The notes under the pieces were generated by a model that was given only the letters and a program-made list of their open reading frames with translations, was not told where the DNA came from and did not search any database. A stretch of DNA of 11,103 nucleotides from Octopus sinensis (lineage: Eukaryota), in contig NW_021827119.1 in the NCBI RefSeq assembly GCF_006345805.1, positions 1 to 11,103 of the forward strand, in the 5' to 3' direction. Below are positions 8,572 to 11,103 of this stretch, piece after piece; positions within the stretch are counted from its first letter, which is position 1, and each line of letters begins with the position of its first letter. The position numbers and the translations under genes were made by a program.

Positions 8572-8790
8572 GTGTGTGTATGTTTGTGTGTCTGTGTTTG
8601 TCCCCCAACATCGCTTGACAACCGATGCTGGTTTGTTTACGTCCCCGTAACTTAGCGGTTCGGCAAAGAGACCGATAGAATAAGTACTAGGCTTACAAAG
8701 AATAAGTCCTGGGGTCGATTTGATCGACTAAAGGCGGTGCTCCAGCATGGCCACATTCAAATGACTGAAACAAGTAAAAGGGTAAAAAGA
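8356..8790 (+). mobile_element. tRNA-derived SINE, family A copy 2 (near full length)
   Basis: A box TGGCTGTGTGG (~8363-8373), B box GGTTCATTCCC (~8405-8415), internal TA/TATG/TG SSR 8512-8590, and 3' tail GACTGAAACAAGTAAAAG. Colinear with copies 1 and 3. Confidence 0.9.
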
Positions 8791-8940
8791 GAGAAGACAG
8801 TACATACGTATATTTGCGAAACATCGAATAATGGAATAAGCATTATTACTTTTGTTACATAGTTTACGAACTCAGCAATAAAATTAATACCGTTAACTTC
8901 ATTCATTGATGTTTATTATATATAATCTACGTTGCTACAG

Positions 8941-9038
8941 CGAGGAAGGATTTGTTGATTTTTGGTTTATTGAGATATTGAAAGGGTTTCCTTCTTTCAA
9001 TTTTCAAATATCTGCTATCCGTGGAAATGATTCGCAAG
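8941..9038 (+). other. Candidate 98-nt internal exon of an unidentified host gene (speculative)
   Basis: Acceptor gttgctacag| and donor AAG|gtaaac. One frame is open (EEGFVDFWFIEILKGFPSFNFQISAIRGNDSQ). No recognised homology. Confidence 0.25.
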
Positions 9039-9085
9039 GTAAACACCTGGATTAAATATCACAACTTACTTTATATAGCTTTATA

Positions 9086-9104
9086 TATTTGTGTGTGTTT
9101 CCGT

Positions 9105-9146
<42 letters not shown>

Positions 9147-9195
9147 TGTGTGTGCGTGTGTGTGTGTGTGTGTGTGCGTGTGTGCGTGTGTGTGT
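9086..9195. repeat. (TG)n microsatellite
   Basis: Direct reading. Confidence 0.95.
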
Positions 9196-9354
9196 TTATT
9201 CTTCGTCATCCAATGATGGATTAACTCGCCGAAACTTCGGGGTCACTGTTGACAATATTCTTGTTTAAGAATAAAATCGTACGTTATAAAAATATCGGGT
9301 TAATCCATTTGATTAATGTAAACTTATTCTATAACTAAATGTAAAAGCAAACAC

Positions 9355-9414
9355 ATCTATATATACATAAATACATAAATACATACATACATACATGCAT
9401 GTATACATGCGTGC

Positions 9415-9445
<31 letters not shown>

Positions 9446-9521
9446 CATACATACATACATACATGCATACACACATACACATATATATGTATGTATATAG
9501 ATATGTATATATGTATGTAAG

Positions 9522-9554
<33 letters not shown>

Positions 9555-9660
9555 GTATATATGGTAAGCAAAAGTATACGTACGCCTCTATATGTATATA
9601 TAAATCCCAAACATGAATTCATTTGTTCCAGTTTTTAGAGTTATATATATATATATATAT
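9355..9660. repeat. (TACA)n/(TA)n microsatellite cluster with a short unique interruption (~9600-9640)
   Basis: Direct reading. Confidence 0.9.
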
Positions 9661-9881
9661 ACTCTTTTACTTGTTTCAGTCATTTGACTACGGCCATGCT
9701 AGGAAATCGATCCCTGAACTTATTCTTTGTAAGCCTAGTACTTATTCTATCGATGGTTTTTGCCGAACCGCTAAGTTACGGGTGACGTAAACACACCAGT
9801 ATCGGTTGTTGAGTGGGGGGACAAACACAGACACACAAACATACACACACATACACACACACACACACACACAAAAACATA

Positions 9882-9977
<96 letters not shown>

Positions 9978-10126
9978 CATATATACGTCGAGCTTCTTTC
10001 CGTTTTCGTCTGCCAAATCCACTCACAAAGTTTTGGTCGGCCAGAGGCTATAATAGAAAACACTTGCCCAAGATGCCACGCGGTGGGAACGGACCCGGGA
10101 CCATGAGGTTGATAAGCAAGCTACTT
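9661..10126 (-). mobile_element. tRNA-derived SINE, family A copy 3 (5' end lost at the A box, small 3' deletion)
   Basis: Reverse complement matches copy 2: CTTTTACTTGTTTCAGTC at 9664, GCCGAACCGCTAAGTTACG, internal SSR 9832-9985, CACTTGCCCAAG, and AGCAAGCTACTT ending at 10126. Confidence 0.9.
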
Positions 10127-10439
10127 TTATTCATTAAATTTGCCATGTAGGCAGTACATAGATAAGGTAGCTTTGCGGGTTGGACATAGACATTGATGAG
10201 GCGAATGATTATGATAGAAAAATGATAAACATGGGAGAAGATAGAAAGCGCCCGCCGACGTCCTGCTTCTCTAAAACATTGTTCTTTAAAAACATCATAT
10301 ACAGAGGTATTAACCCTCTTACAATTTAAAATACAATGTATTTGTATTAAAAAGTCCATACAATTATAAAACACAATTTATACACAAATTGGAGGTGATA
10401 AACCTCTACAATCCTTCCCCGAGAAATTTTCTTGCAACT

Positions 10440-11103
10440 TGAAGGCATTTCTGCAACCGCAATCTGGGGCTCCAAAAATGAATTCTATAATTCTCGTTTT
10501 TACACGAGTCAATTATATGATCACAGTACTTTCTTTCCAGCACCAGAGCAGCTACCTGCGAAGGTCACTCTGGGCTATTAATACAAGTCGGGTCCCTCAG
10601 GATTCGACTATCCATATCATTCTCCACGAAACTGTCAATAGCCCCTCCCCTGAGATAGAAGAACATATATTCTTCCCCACTTTCACTGGGAGGGGCCTCA
10701 ACTCCCTCGCTCGGTGGCACACATCCCACTGACGAAGTTATCTTCTTCCCCCCTCTCCGGTGGCACACATTCCACCGAAGGGGTTTCGGGACATGCCGTC
10801 GCCGGCAATGCCCCGTTTTTCTTTCTCTCTTCTTTTTTCCTTTTACGACGGGAGGGTGGAATTCCTCCGACATCTCTGGAGGACTCTCTCTCCCCCTCTC
10901 TGTTGTTGCCCACCTTCTTTCTTTTCTTCCCCTTTGTTTTCGAGGAGGTTACCTCCACCTCGACTTTCTCCTCCATTGGGGGAGCAGAGGACACCTTTTC
11001 AATTAACTGTTCCAGGACCCTTGCCTGGTCCCGGCGACAGCTCTTCTTTATATGGCCCGATTCCAGGGACAGGTAACACTTGGGGAGAGGTCCCTCAACC
11101 ATC
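10440..11103 (-). mobile_element. LINE ORF1 (gag-like) C-terminal fragment, L1/Tx1-like, decayed; continues beyond the window
   Basis: ORF 10698-11102 begins EGPLPK-CYLSLESGHIKKSC, a CX2CX4HX4C knuckle with the second Cys changed to Ser (TCC, 11078-11037). A K/E/R-rich low-complexity tail follows and continues after a frameshift as SSVGCVPPSEG..EEYMFFYLRGG..RDPT. The region is visibly GC-richer than its flanks. The clade call is inference. Confidence 0.7.

Noticed and set aside
9205-9253. CCAATGA-TGGATTAACTCGCC-GAAAC-TTCGGG-GTC hammerhead-order motif
   Set aside because: It has two core substitutions and weak stems. Rejected as functional and kept only as a possible remnant.
1411-10150. Long ORFs with MYVC/YIYI/HTHT/CVCV/LSIY repeats (e.g. 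2572-3372, 2799-3326, 3353-3877, 4019-4429, 9335-9622, 9742-10150)
   Set aside because: They are stop-free translations of di- and tetranucleotide microsatellites or of SINE interiors, with no coding signal.
10048-10374. IRLINVYVQP on - resembling the LINE APE endonuclease motif (RLINVYAP) downstream of ORF1
   Set aside because: Spacing to other putative EN motifs is incompatible and no catalytic motifs follow.
1-11103. CRISPR array, rRNA or bona fide tRNA genes, prokaryotic operons
   Set aside because: None seen. The A/B boxes belong to SINE heads, and the repeats are SSRs rather than repeat-spacer arrays.

Overview
AT-rich, microsatellite-dense eukaryotic non-coding DNA. The SINE families match what I recall of octopus (coleoid cephalopod) genomes; that assignment is recall and was not searched. 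There is no intact protein-coding gene, and most ORFs in the supplied track are SSR read-through artefacts. The window is a patchwork of decayed mobile elements: an R4/Dong-type non-LTR RT (~10-975, -), four tRNA-derived SINEs of two families, a probable Tc1/mariner IR/DR left end, a Penelope-like element (PLE) linker plus GIY-YIG endonuclease (~5455-6290, -), a complete ~544-bp non-autonomous Helitron (6917-7460, -) beside a Helitron PIF1-like helicase remnant (7562-~8205, -), and an L1/Tx1-like ORF1 zinc-knuckle fragment (~10440-11103, -). The main signal not shown by the ORF track is RNA structure. A type I hammerhead ribozyme with an intact core and a palindromic stem III lies at 6603-6696 (+), head-to-head with the PLE. 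A second, clearly formed but apparently inactivated hammerhead lies at 1848-1943 (+). Three weaker hammerhead-like remnants are also on +, and these and the 1848 motif each sit just 3' of a microsatellite.
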